IMG/VR virus record: IMGVR_UViG_3300017917_001342
Location: 62,001 to 126,000 of that record
Reading direction: 5' to 3' (one strand)
Length of the DNA: 64,000 bases
This document shows, piece by piece, positions 1-9,496 of the stretch; the stretch's first letter is position 1; every line of letters begins with the position of its first letter. A program made the translations under genes and the position numbers. The notes below the pieces were generated by a model. That model had not been told where the DNA came from. It ran no database searches and saw only the letters and a program-made list of their open reading frames with translations.

Positions 1-831
1 CATGCCATCGACCATGCAGCCTAGCAGTGCAAGTCGCAGCAGTTCTGCCATAGCAGCACGATCGTCTGCATCTGCTGCACATTCCAGTGTATACTTGAAA
101 TCAAACGCATCCCAATGGTTATGGAATTCCATATGACGTAGATAACGATACAGAAGATTATCGTCTTCTTTAGGCATGATCTGCTGAGCAAGTCGGCGAT
201 ATGCAGGCGATTTCATAAATTCCCAGTATTCATCTGAAATGTTATCAGGTCGGTCTTTTGGTGCTCGCGGCATGTTGTATGCAGCAACGCAGCGATCTAC
301 ATACGCAGGAATCTGTTCAGCCAAACGTGCATAGGTCATATTACGTTCATATGCATCATTTGGATCGCTTGCTTTACCATCGCCTACGTAAACGTCAAAT
401 TTCCAATCAGTCCACAGTTGATCTACAACGTCTTTACGTACCATAGCAAAGTACACAGCTTGATTTTTCTTGCCCCAGCCTTTGACAAACATGCGATTTT
501 CATGCACTGCTTCAAAAAATTTGTCAATGTCAAATCCGTCTTTGACAACAGGAATATCGTGGTATTCGTTCTCACCCTGTTCAAGTTCGACCATACGCTG
601 TTTCAAACCTTCAACAAACAGCGGCAGTGCAGCACCAGTGCAGTCTTCGCCCGCACCATAGTCATTGTACACAGCTTCAAATGGTGTCAACACAGGCTTG
701 TACAATGCATGAGTTTCGCAATGACTGCGATAGTCGCTAAGGTCTTCTTCCTTTACAGGGAACACATATACAGCTTCGCCTGAAATGATAGGAAGGTTAG
801 TAAGTCCGCAAGTGTTATTCCAGCAGCCCAT
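1..831 (-). CDS. Hypothetical phage protein, 3' end runs off the window (MGCWNNTCGLTNLPIISGEAVYVFP...)
   Basis: Read manually: ATG at 831 on the minus strand, open to position 1. Missing from the ORF track because it is truncated. Confidence 0.75.
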   Translation of the reverse strand, partial: MGCWNNTCGLTNLPIISGEAVYVFPVKEEDLSDYRSHCETHALYKPVLTPFEAVYNDYGAGEDCTGAALPLFVEGLKQRMVELEQGENEYHDIPVVKDGFDIDKFFEAVHENRMFVKGWGKKNQAVYFAMVRKDVVDQLWTDWKFDVYVGDGKASDPNDAYERNMTYARLAEQIPAYVDRCVAAYNMPRAPKDRPDNISDEYWEFMKSPAYRRLAQQIMPKEDDNLLYRYLRHMEFHNHWDAFDFKYTLECAADADDRAAMAELLRLALLGCMVDGM

Positions 832-834
832 GAT

Positions 835-990
835 TTAATCCTTTTGAAAAAATACAGAATATCCAACCTGTTTACCTTTGTAGTAAAGAGGTTTGACAGT
901 GACGGCTTTGCAGCCTTCTGCACGTTTTTGTGCAGCGTATCGGTTTGCTTCAGGTAACGTGTTTAGTGAGTATCGTGATATGTTAATCAT
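835..990 (-). CDS. Small hypothetical protein (51 aa, MINISRYSLNTLPEANRY...)
   Basis: Manual translation; fills the gap between neighbouring minus-strand genes. Confidence 0.55.
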   Translation of the reverse strand: MINISRYSLNTLPEANRYAAQKRAEGCKAVTVKPLYYKGKQVGYSVFFQKD

Positions 991-1186
991 TTGTTTTACA
1001 CAACATCATAGCGAAAATTACTATCAGTACAGGCCAACTAAGTGCCAACTTCAATTTATTACTATATTTGATAAATTCGTCAGTTTTGCTCATTGCCAGC
1101 ATCTTTATGTAAAGAACCGCTGCAATTACGATGTATACGACTACAATTATAGCCGCTGTTATTGCTGCTGTGATCACGGCGCCCAA
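983..1186 (-). CDS. Small membrane protein with two hydrophobic segments
   Basis: ORF track; hydrophobic stretches; operon context. Confidence 0.6.
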   Translation of the reverse strand: MGAVITAAITAAIIVVVYIVIAAVLYIKMLAMSKTDEFIKYSNKLKLALSWPVLIVIFAMMLCKTND

Positions 1187-1497
1187 CCTTCATCATATTC
1201 ATATTCGTATTCATCATTTTCTTCGTCATACTCACCGCGAGCTTCTGCAACCCAATCTCTATAGCTTTGTGTGGGTTCACCTGTGGTAAATCGCAGTTCG
1301 GCATGGCCATTGTCCCAGCGTGCTTCTTTACAAATCACAGGTGTACCATGCAGGATACGAGCAACTTGATCCAGCACCCATGCTTTATGATGAGCACCAT
1401 CGATACCACCGTAATACATAATATACTTTAGAGCCCATTGCTCTCGAGTTAGATCGTTACCTTCGGCTGTGTCAAATTCGCCTAGATAGCCTTGCAT
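1174..1497 (-). CDS. Hypothetical phage protein (GIDGAHHKAWVLDQVARIL motif)
   Basis: ORF track; GAGG RBS; sigma70-like promoter upstream at ~1527-1557. Confidence 0.75.
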   Translation of the reverse strand: MQGYLGEFDTAEGNDLTREQWALKYIMYYGGIDGAHHKAWVLDQVARILHGTPVICKEARWDNGHAELRFTTGEPTQSYRDWVAEARGEYDEENDEYEYEYDEGWAP

Positions 1498-1567
1498 AGT
1501 TGTGCCTCGTGATTGTTATTCAACTGTGACACTAGCAGACTGTTTTGAAAATGTCAATGTCTGCTAC

Positions 1568-1573
1568 TAAATA
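1568..1573 (+). promoter_or_regulatory. T4 gp55-type late promoter core (TAAATA)
   Basis: TAAATA just upstream of ATG 1579. The same element precedes many structural or late genes (13644-, 19146-, 19808+, 42600-, 45153+, 54845-, 54884+, 56579+, 60842+). Confidence 0.6.
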
Positions 1574-1578
1574 TTCCC

Positions 1579-2729
1579 ATGCGTGTAGATGAATTTTTCA
1601 ATCCTATAATAGCGTTGCTGCATGGTAACATGCTGCTTAGCGAAGCCCCTATTGGCACTGCGATAGTAAATCGCAATTGGCGAGAGTATGACCTAGGTGG
1701 GAAACCCGATCGTGATTTTAAACTGTTAGGAAAACTTGGTAGATTTAAGATCGGTGTACAGCCCGAATGGAGTGATTCCATAGACTATGCAGTTGATGTG
1801 TTGATACTTGGTTCTAAAAATACTGTAGTTGGCAAAATCAACATTACTCGAGACGACCGATCGAATAGAAAGATTGCATTTTGGTCTATACACCAATCAA
1901 TACTACACAAAGACCTGCAAGGTCGAGGCATAATGCCTAAAGTCTATGCGTTTTTAGTAAACCACGGCTATAACCTTCGTGCTGACAGTGAACAAAGTGC
2001 AGGTGGACAAAACATCTGGGCTAAGCTAGCAAGGGATCCCAGTGTCAATGTCTATGCTGCATTGTACAATGAAAAAACAGGTGAAACTGAATTTTCTGAT
2101 GTAGATGGTGCTAGACAGCTACAGGCTAATTTTTATCTCTATCAGGATGAAATGGATGAAGAACTCAAATACATTGAGCACGAAATTGATTCGCTACGTG
2201 ATATCAGAGATCGCATCAATGATGATTATTTGGCTTTACCGAAAGATGATGAAGAAGCTGAAAAAAACTAAGTGACGAATACAATAGACTCACTGACCAG
2301 CTAGACAAATTAGACTCTGAATACAGCGAACTGAAATATAAACAGCGCGACGAAGCTCGTAAACAACTCTATCTCTTAGCTATACCCGCAGAACAATCAA
2401 TACCTGTAAATGAAGACGACGACGAAGATGAAGAACTACGTCGCGAAAATCAAAGTGATTTAGAAATGGTGCAAATAGATGGTATGAATATCATGTACCT
2501 ACACAACCCTAGAGAAATCGTACAGCTTGCCGCAGTAAAACAAAATCCCTACGCTATCTATGAAATTGATAATCTAAAATCCAAAACAGTGATATTAACA
2601 GCCATCTTAGGTTTACTAAGACGCGACAGCCTTAGAAATGCAAAACGTCTAACAGTGGAATTTCGTAAGAAATACCCCGATTGGCCAGAATGGGAAACCA
2701 TTACTCGCAGTTTGAAGGCTATACAATAA
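1579..2729 (+). CDS. Putative head-packaged protein: GNAT-like domain, coiled coil, DUF4116-like repeat and C-terminal WPE module; interrupted by a -1 frameshift at 2261-2268
   Basis: ORF 1579-2271 has an LQGRGIMPKVY acetyl-CoA-binding-like motif. The -1 frame is open from 2268 and runs into ORF 2466-2729. Confidence 0.65.
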
Positions 2730-3340
2730 TGCGTATAAATGAAATCAACTCCCACAATTTGAATACTGCAAGTGAAGCCGAGCAATTGGCTGCGGTAAAA
2801 AAGGATGGATATGCAATTCAATGGATACACGATCCCAGTGAGGCAGTGCAATTAGCTGCGGTGCAACAGAATGTACGGGCAATCCAAAACATCAAAAATC
2901 CCAGTGAGAGTGCGCAATTAGCTGCTGTGAATCATAATGTATGGGCAATACAAGGCATCAAAAATCCCAGTGAGAGTGCGCAATTAACTGCGGTGCAACA
3001 GAATGTACTGGCAATCCAATACATCAAAAATCCCAGTGAGAGTGCGCAATTAGCTGCTGTGAATCATAATGGATTGGTAATAAAATTCATAAAAAATCCC
3101 AGTGAGGCAGTGCAATTAGCTGCGGTGCAACAGAATGGCGCAGCAATCTTCCACATACTAACTCTCAATTCCACACAGTTAGATGATGCGGATACCAAAC
3201 GCATCATTATGGTTGCAGTTTTAAAATTGATAAAAAGTAATAAGTTATCTGATGCTAAACTACTTACTGACTATCTATCCGAACACCACGTCGACTGGCC
3301 GGAACTGGCAGTAATAAATCGTAGCTTAAAGGCGATATAG
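2729..3340 (+). CDS. DUF4116-like 22-aa repeat protein with C-terminal WPE module
   Basis: Repeats of NPSE(S/A)(A/V)QLAAV.....AI..IK; start reassigned to MRINE at 2729 (TAATG overlap). Confidence 0.8.
   Translation: MRINEINSHNLNTASEAEQLAAVKKDGYAIQWIHDPSEAVQLAAVQQNVRAIQNIKNPSESAQLAAVNHNVWAIQGIKNPSESAQLTAVQQNVLAIQYIKNPSESAQLAAVNHNGLVIKFIKNPSEAVQLAAVQQNGAAIFHILTLNSTQLDDADTKRIIMVAVLKLIKSNKLSDAKLLTDYLSEHHVDWPELAVINRSLKAI
2833..3135 (+). repeat. Intragenic 66-bp tandem repeat (~4.5 units)
   Basis: TCCCAGTGAG(AGTGC/GCAGT)GCAATTA(G/A)CTGC recurs every 66 bp and encodes the 22-aa repeats. Confidence 0.85.
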
Positions 3341-3342
3341 TA

Positions 3343-3948
3343 ATGCGTATAAACGAGTTAACACCTTATCGCAGAGATCCAAACTACAAAAAGGCTCAGG
3401 AAATATTTGCAGATCCTGAAACTGGATTACCACCTAGACGCAAATCCAAGCTTGCAAAACTAACTGCATGGTTAGATTCGCATGGCTTTAAAGTAGTAGG
3501 ACAAGGTTCGTTCGGTGCTGTATATGAAAAGCCTGGTTACCCTTGGGTATTCAAAGTATTCAACAAAGATCCTGCATACATGCATTTCCTACGTTATGCA
3601 ATGGCACATCAAGGCAACCCACATTTGCCTAAGATACGCGGTGTGATGAAAATAGACAACAACACCTATGTTGTACGTATGGAAAATCTCAAAGAAATAC
3701 CATTGGGATCAGAACCAGCTACTAAGCTGGTAAAGATACTACACAATATGGACAGCTACGGCGACATAGACGAAAAAGATGTAGACTGGATTAAGAAAAC
3801 ACTGCCTGGTATACACAACTTCTTTATGACATTTCCGCTAGGTGGTTACGAATACGATATTCACTATCAGAATCTCATGATGCGCGGCAATACCATAGTA
3901 ATAGTTGATCCACTGTATGATTGGCACGGAATGGAAGGCGACGAATGA
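3343..3948 (+). CDS. Ser/Thr protein kinase, T7 gp0.7-like (copy 1)
   Basis: Glycine loop GQGSFGAVY, VFKV lysine, catalytic DIHYQN, IVDP. Confidence 0.8.
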   Translation: MRINELTPYRRDPNYKKAQEIFADPETGLPPRRKSKLAKLTAWLDSHGFKVVGQGSFGAVYEKPGYPWVFKVFNKDPAYMHFLRYAMAHQGNPHLPKIRGVMKIDNNTYVVRMENLKEIPLGSEPATKLVKILHNMDSYGDIDEKDVDWIKKTLPGIHNFFMTFPLGGYEYDIHYQNLMMRGNTIVIVDPLYDWHGMEGDE

Positions 3949-4580
3949 AACTCAACGACTTATTTGAACGCCATTACCGTACTGTGCCTGCATATCAAAC
4001 TGCTAAGGCTGCGTTTGAACCTGTGACTGATCCAGAGTTAACACCAAATAAACGTAGGCAAGCAGGTGACGCTGCGTTAGCAAAATTCAACAACTACATG
4101 GACGAAAACGGTTTTGAAAAACTAGGGCAAGGTGCATTTGGTGCTGTATATGAAAAGCCTGGTTATCCTTGGGTATTTAAATTGTTTGCCAATGATGCAG
4201 CGTATCTTGCATGGATTAACTACGTTGCCACTCACCAAAACAATGAGCATGTTCCTAAACTCAAAGGCAAACCTTTTAGAATAACTGACGGTGTATTTGC
4301 AGTGCGTATGGAAAAATTGAGTCGCATGCCCGACACTTGGTGGGATGACCCGCTGTTAGATATGACAGTATATGGTGGTATAACCGCAGAGAATAGAAGA
4401 AAATTAAAAGAACTAGGGCATGAAGATCTAGCCGATGTACTAAGTGCAATTCATCAGTTGGCTCACGGTAATCCTAACAATGACTGGAACACTGACATGC
4501 ACGGTGGTAATATACTGATGCGCGGTGATATACCTGTTATTACAGATCCCCTAGTTGATCGCACTACCTTTGGAAAATAG
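3945..4580 (+). CDS. Ser/Thr protein kinase, T7 gp0.7-like (copy 2)
   Basis: GQGAFGAVY, VFKL, DMHGGNIL, VITDP; start reassigned to MKLNDL (ATGA overlap). Confidence 0.82.
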   Translation: MKLNDLFERHYRTVPAYQTAKAAFEPVTDPELTPNKRRQAGDAALAKFNNYMDENGFEKLGQGAFGAVYEKPGYPWVFKLFANDAAYLAWINYVATHQNNEHVPKLKGKPFRITDGVFAVRMEKLSRMPDTWWDDPLLDMTVYGGITAENRRKLKELGHEDLADVLSAIHQLAHGNPNNDWNTDMHGGNILMRGDIPVITDPLVDRTTFGK

Positions 4581-4589
4581 GCATAGACT

Positions 4590-5291
4590 ATGATACTGGA
4601 AGAGTTATTTTTTGTAGAAAATTACATATTAGATGAGATAACTCACTACAGAAACCTACCTGCATATCAAGCAGCTAAAGACGCATTTACTGGTGTAGGT
4701 CGTACTGGTCATTACGATGCTATGAAAAAGTTCAAGCAGTTTATGCAAGACAACGATTTCAAACGTCTAGGAGGCGGTGCATTTGGTGAAGTCTATGAAA
4801 AGGAAGGCTATCCCTGGGTATTCAAAGTATTTCACGGTGATCCTGCATACTTGGATTTTATACGTTATGCAATTGCACATCAAAGCAATCCACATGTACC
4901 AAAAGTCAAAGGACAGCCGTTTCGTATAGATGATAAAACCTATGCTATACGTATAGAAAAGCTACAGCCGTGGAGTGATTATTTCGACGTTAAAAGTGAA
5001 AACGGCACAACACTAATGGATTTTCTGCGTTGGTGGAACCCGCCATTGAAACAGGAACAAATAGAATTTTTGAAACAACGCAATGTCGAAGGATTAGTAG
5101 AAGTGCTTAACGGGCTCGCAGCACTGTGTCGTAGTAAAAATTACAGATTAGATCTACACTACGGTAATGTCATGCGACGAGGCAATACACCAGTTATTGC
5201 AGATCCTCTGGTTGATGACAAGAGTATGGAAAAAAGCAAGCCGCCGATGACTATGCCTGCAAGACCTGGCCGTGCTACTAGATCTGGATAA
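4590..5291 (+). CDS. Ser/Thr protein kinase, T7 gp0.7-like (copy 3)
   Basis: GGGAFGEVY, VFKV, DLHYGNVM, VIADP. Confidence 0.82.
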   Translation: MILEELFFVENYILDEITHYRNLPAYQAAKDAFTGVGRTGHYDAMKKFKQFMQDNDFKRLGGGAFGEVYEKEGYPWVFKVFHGDPAYLDFIRYAIAHQSNPHVPKVKGQPFRIDDKTYAIRIEKLQPWSDYFDVKSENGTTLMDFLRWWNPPLKQEQIEFLKQRNVEGLVEVLNGLAALCRSKNYRLDLHYGNVMRRGNTPVIADPLVDDKSMEKSKPPMTMPARPGRATRSG

Positions 5292-5295
5292 GTTT

Positions 5296-5511
5296 TTATT
5301 TTAAGCCGTGCAGTCTACAGAGGCTTTTATGTCCATCTTCGGCTGCGTCTTGAGACTCGTAAAACGCCAAGGTTTCAGTTCCGTTTTCGCTGGACATCAC
5401 TGTGGTATATTTGCCATGTCTGCTAGTAAACTGTAATTCGTAAGTTGATAAACGTATAGTTTCTAAATTAGATAACCCGCCATCACTCGAAGATATTTGC
5501 CACAGTGCCAT
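5296..5511 (-). CDS. Small hypothetical protein, paralogue of the next gene
   Basis: Shares the I(R/V)(L/V)ST.E ... Y....A..GH.S.C pattern with 5535-5801. Confidence 0.6.
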   Translation of the reverse strand: MALWQISSSDGGLSNLETIRLSTYELQFTSRHGKYTTVMSSENGTETLAFYESQDAAEDGHKSLCRLHGLK

Positions 5512-5534
5512 GTCAGACCTTTCTTAGTACATGC

Positions 5535-5801
5535 TCAGGGATATTTAACACCGTATTCACGACAGATACTAGCATGTCCGGCTGCTGCTTCTGCAACAGT
5601 ATCATAACGTTCTACAACATCACTGTCAGTGACAGTGTAAGTTGCAGCGGTGTCATCAAACTTCAAACCAAACACACAGGTTTCGTAACGGTATCCAAAA
5701 TCAAAATCTTTGATCTTAGGCATTTCAATTGTGCTTACACGAACTGTTGCAGGACGAAGCAGTCCGCCATTGTTAGAATCCAAGTGCCAACGATTATCCA
5801 T
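5535..5801 (-). CDS. Small hypothetical protein
   Basis: ORF track; GAGG RBS; paralogous to 5296-5511. Confidence 0.7.
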   Translation of the reverse strand: MDNRWHLDSNNGGLLRPATVRVSTIEMPKIKDFDFGYRYETCVFGLKFDDTAATYTVTDSDVVERYDTVAEAAAGHASICREYGVKYP

Positions 5802-5815
5802 CTCAGTGTCCTCAG

Positions 5816-6124
5816 TTAGGTGTGTACAACTTCTTTGATACCTGCTGCACGAATTGCACTTTCACAAACCGGGCAGGGTTTCGCATTCTTAGGATTGCCT
5901 TCACTGTCATAACGCATTACAACAATTCTGTGTGCTTTGTCAAGACTGCGACATTTAGCAATGGCGTGAATTTCTGCATGAAGAAAAATCTTGTCGCACA
6001 GCCCTACAGCATCTGCATGTTTCTTTTGCAGCGGATGAGTTTTCACATAGGAATTCTTACCTACGCTGATAATACGACCGCGCTTGTCGTAGATAAATGC
6101 AGTGATTTCAAAACGTTTTTTCAT
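5816..6124 (-). CDS. Zn-dependent cytidine/dCMP deaminase-like protein
   Basis: HAE...PCPVC motif; start reassigned to MKKRF. Confidence 0.8.
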   Translation of the reverse strand: MKKRFEITAFIYDKRGRIISVGKNSYVKTHPLQKKHADAVGLCDKIFLHAEIHAIAKCRSLDKAHRIVVMRYDSEGNPKNAKPCPVCESAIRAAGIKEVVHT

Positions 6125-6184
6125 GTTGCACAATATTGTTGACAGCGTTGCTAATAGCATGTGTGTGCAACGCTGTCAACCAAA

Positions 6185-7381
6185 TTAGTTATCACCCTCA
6201 AAGTGATAGGACCATGCATACCCTCCCCACAGGTGACGCACAGCATCAACTTTGGTTTGAGTATTACAGTTCTTGCGGATAATGTCCAGCAGCATATCCG
6301 AAACCTTACGGCCTTGGAAGCAGCCAAACACAATCTGCGGCGCAACCGGATCATTCTTTTCGATCGTCGGTTTCCATTCAAGTGCATAACGCTTGCGGTC
6401 AAGCCCGCTGGCAACAACAGTGTTGAAGTAGCGTTCGTAGCTATGAACCGATTGGTTAAATCCGCTCCAAAACTCAGCTTCAAACTGTTCAACACGGTGA
6501 CGATCTTCTTCGAGCATGAACGACTTGGTATCGTCAAGTTTTTCGTTGACGATCAAATCGATTACGTTCTTTTCCATCGTGATGTTGTCTTTGGTCTTGT
6601 GGATACGACAGTACCAGTCGCCTTTGACTTTGAGCATTTGCCCATTGTCGAAGCGAATGATCCAACCTTCCATGCCTTCAGTTTCGCGAGTTTCCGCAAT
6701 CAGCATAGCCATGTTAGCAGCAGTGCCTTCATATGCACGGACAATGTCCAAGTCATACTCAGCAGCCACAGCTTGCATGGTTTCATAGCTATCGTAGCTA
6801 CCATTAACATTGTTGCGGATCGCAATCAACACCAACCGATCAGTCGGGTAGTCAATCACAATACGTTGCTTACGGCTGCACCATTCAAATACCATGGTTT
6901 TATCCAGGTCTTGCATTGCTTTAGCAGCACGTTCGTAGTTGACGTGATTAGCTACAAACAGTTCAGCACCCATGCTAACGTCGGTGATGCCCATCTTGGT
7001 ACCCCAACGGATACCAGCAGCAGTGAACACCGGCGTGATCATCGATCCATCCAGCTTTTCAAGAATCACATGCGGCGCAGACCAATCAATTTGATTTTCC
7101 TGCGTTTCATCGCGTTCGTTAACGTTGAAAAACTTGTGCAGTCGACGCGACATCAGTGAGCCATCTTTGTAGAACAGCATCCCGCGGCATTCACGACGAA
7201 TAGCAGCATGCAGGTCGTAAACACCGTCTACAACGACTTGCGGAAAAGTGTCGGGCATGTTAACCATATAGTTAACAACGTAGCCCCAATCACGTTCGGC
7301 AACGATAAATTCGTCGCGACCTTCAATAGCCGGACGCACATCATCAAGATGCTTAATCTTCGGAAATTCATAGTGCAACAT
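6185..7381 (-). CDS. rnlA: RNA ligase, T4 Rnl1 family
   Basis: ECRG, KFFN, motif I EKLDGS, FEW, EGWII, KVK. Confidence 0.88.
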   Translation of the reverse strand: MLHYEFPKIKHLDDVRPAIEGRDEFIVAERDWGYVVNYMVNMPDTFPQVVVDGVYDLHAAIRRECRGMLFYKDGSLMSRRLHKFFNVNERDETQENQIDWSAPHVILEKLDGSMITPVFTAAGIRWGTKMGITDVSMGAELFVANHVNYERAAKAMQDLDKTMVFEWCSRKQRIVIDYPTDRLVLIAIRNNVNGSYDSYETMQAVAAEYDLDIVRAYEGTAANMAMLIAETRETEGMEGWIIRFDNGQMLKVKGDWYCRIHKTKDNITMEKNVIDLIVNEKLDDTKSFMLEEDRHRVEQFEAEFWSGFNQSVHSYERYFNTVVASGLDRKRYALEWKPTIEKNDPVAPQIVFGCFQGRKVSDMLLDIIRKNCNTQTKVDAVRHLWGGYAWSYHFEGDN

Positions 7382-7467
7382 GTTATCGCCTTTCGGTGTC
7401 TGTGTGTATGATTGACAATAGCAGAAACACTGCTACTGTCAACCAAGTTTTTAAGGGGGTTTAGTGA

Positions 7468-7941
7468 TTATCGACCTGATTTACCAGATACTTTAGGAAT
7501 CTTAGACATAACCTTTTTGCAATAACTGCTAGGCTTTTTGCCTACTCTGGCATTGGTCCCGCGGTTATAGAGTGTAGCAGCCTTACAGAAATCACCCTTG
7601 GCAGTGTCAAGAGCTAGTTTAAGGTATTGCATACTCCAGGTTAGGTTTATTTCTGGGTTGAGCAGCGCCGAACACTTACCCTTAAATCCCAGACCCCTAG
7701 CAGTGCCACAACGGATCTGACCCAGACCGTAGTTACCACTACTATATGCTCGCGGATCGAAATTACTTTCGACCGAAACGATAGCGTATGCCAGCGAGAA
7801 TGGCACGTTTTGGTCCTTGGCCTTGTCAGCTAGAAGCTGAACCAGTGTTGACTTGCTATCATCTTTTTCAACACTGGACCCCCACGCCTTGCAGCTAACG
7901 CATGCAAGTAGCAGGGCTACGACCATGATCTTCAACTTCAT
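7468..7941 (-). CDS. Lytic transglycosylase (SLT domain) with N-terminal signal peptide
   Basis: AIVSVES catalytic Glu, GLGQI, LLNPEINL, LYNRG. Confidence 0.85.
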   Translation of the reverse strand: MKLKIMVVALLLACVSCKAWGSSVEKDDSKSTLVQLLADKAKDQNVPFSLAYAIVSVESNFDPRAYSSGNYGLGQIRCGTARGLGFKGKCSALLNPEINLTWSMQYLKLALDTAKGDFCKAATLYNRGTNARVGKKPSSYCKKVMSKIPKVSGKSGR

Positions 7942-8013
7942 GGTAGTCTATTTAACTACCAAACCGCCACCATTGTCAATACAGTTAATTGTGGCTCAAA
8001 CCACAACATATAG

Positions 8014-8520
8014 TCACTTTGCGAATTTAAAGTAGCAATCTACAGCCTCTTGGTACTTCGGTTCCAGGGTTTTATAGTACTCTGGATCCTTGATACCACG
8101 TAGAATTATCCTTATTTCTTCGTCGGTTATGTCAATTTCGCGCAATCTTGCTTCAAACATTTCCATAAACGGATTGGGAACTGCTTTTGCTTTGGCCACA
8201 AAATCTACTCTGATGACATCAGCGGAATCTTGCTTCTTTGACTTTTGATCAGCGTAATACCGCTTCAAATTGGGAATTCTTGGTACAGAATTAGGATCAT
8301 AACCGATTTTTTCAACAAGATTGTTTTGCGGAACTTCTACAGTTTCCACAGTTACAATTTCAGCTTGCACTTCTACAGTTTCAATTGGTTTAGGAAACAG
8401 TATTGAGCCTTTACGTTCAATACGCTTTTCCCATCGTGACAATCGGTCAAGAGCAATTTTGCTGACGTCTGCCAGCAATTGCTTTTCAAATACAAACAAT
8501 GCTTTTGTAAGCCAACCCAT
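8014..8520 (-). CDS. Hypothetical protein
   Basis: ORF track; AGGA RBS. Confidence 0.7.
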   Translation of the reverse strand: MGWLTKALFVFEKQLLADVSKIALDRLSRWEKRIERKGSILFPKPIETVEVQAEIVTVETVEVPQNNLVEKIGYDPNSVPRIPNLKRYYADQKSKKQDSADVIRVDFVAKAKAVPNPFMEMFEARLREIDITDEEIRIILRGIKDPEYYKTLEPKYQEAVDCYFKFAK

Positions 8521-8606
8521 GTTTTATTTCCTGTTTAAAGTAGTAGAATGCACTGTGCCGCAAAGCGACACAGTACACATTACTTAACACGATTACGATG
8601 CGTTGT

Positions 8607-9083
8607 CTATGGATGAAGTGGGAATTGACCTACAATAGTAAACAATTCTTCTTTGTATCCAAAGATGTAGGCCGCAGTTGCTTCTTTACGGAAGCAGGTA
8701 TAACCACCACTTGCATTAGGAATAGGCTGTGCAGTGTGATTGGTAGGATAGATCAAACTGAAAATTTCAGCATCAACAGTATAGGGATATGTAGGATCGA
8801 TTACTACACCCTGTGCAAATCCCATTTGTTCAGCTTGGTTAACCGCATCTACTACTGCTGCCCATGGCGCTTTGAGGTTAATCTGTGTACCAAATCCTTG
8901 TGACGTAGCAGACATCCATTCTTGTACCAATGGATTGATGTCATCGCCGTGCTTCATAGGTTCGATTACGTTGCGTTGCACAAAAGCATTAGCAGCATGT
9001 CCGCTGTGTGCTTGCGCTTTGCCAGGAGTCATACTGTTCATATCAGTGCGAACAAACACATAGAGGACAGGAATATCTGCCAT
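8607..9083 (-). CDS. Peptidyl-tRNA hydrolase type 2-like protein
   Basis: YVFVRTDM.MTPGKAQAHSGHA resembles the PTH2 N-terminal motif (VRxDL.M..GK.AAQ.xHA). Confidence 0.7.
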   Translation of the reverse strand: MADIPVLYVFVRTDMNSMTPGKAQAHSGHAANAFVQRNVIEPMKHGDDINPLVQEWMSATSQGFGTQINLKAPWAAVVDAVNQAEQMGFAQGVVIDPTYPYTVDAEIFSLIYPTNHTAQPIPNASGGYTCFRKEATAAYIFGYKEELFTIVGQFPLHP

Positions 9084-9112
9084 AGTTATTTTCCTTGTTA
9101 AATCAGTGCAGG

Positions 9113-9496
9113 TCAGTAAACCCGCACAATGAGGTGTCCGTTGTCAACTTTAACTTCTACTTTGCCGAGTGCAAGCAACGGTCCGTAGAGTTTAGCATTT
9201 TTTTCTGCAAGCGAAACTCGACGAAGTTTGATGCCTGCATCGCTGACTTTCACAGCTTCGAACGGAGTGCGCGAACCAAGACCACGCTTGGTGTAGTAGT
9301 TAGGACGATGCCCAAAAAAGTCTTTGATGATATCGCTCACAGCATTGATACGATCAATATGCGCATCAGTATCAAAAAGCTTGTGGTGTTTTTCGCCTGC
9401 TTCTTCGCTGCGATAGGTTGCATTGAGATACGCACCCAATCCATTACCCATTTTGCGAGTGTTGTTGAGATCTTCTTGAACAAGCTGTGCGGTCAT
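9113..9496 (-). CDS. Hypothetical early protein
   Basis: ORF; start reassigned to MTAQL, downstream of a TTGACA promoter. Confidence 0.7.
   Translation of the reverse strand: MTAQLVQEDLNNTRKMGNGLGAYLNATYRSEEAGEKHHKLFDTDAHIDRINAVSDIIKDFFGHRPNYYTKRGLGSRTPFEAVKVSDAGIKLRRVSLAEKNAKLYGPLLALGKVEVKVDNGHLIVRVY

Noticed and set aside
258-783. Plus-strand ORFs at the window start
   Set aside because: Shadows of the real minus-strand gene starting at 831.
2833-3135. Regularly spaced repeats as a CRISPR array
   Set aside because: The 66-bp period is in frame within a protein repeat; there are no unique spacers or cas genes.
6161-7159. 332-aa plus-strand ORF
   Set aside because: Antisense shadow of the RNA ligase gene; no motifs or RBS.
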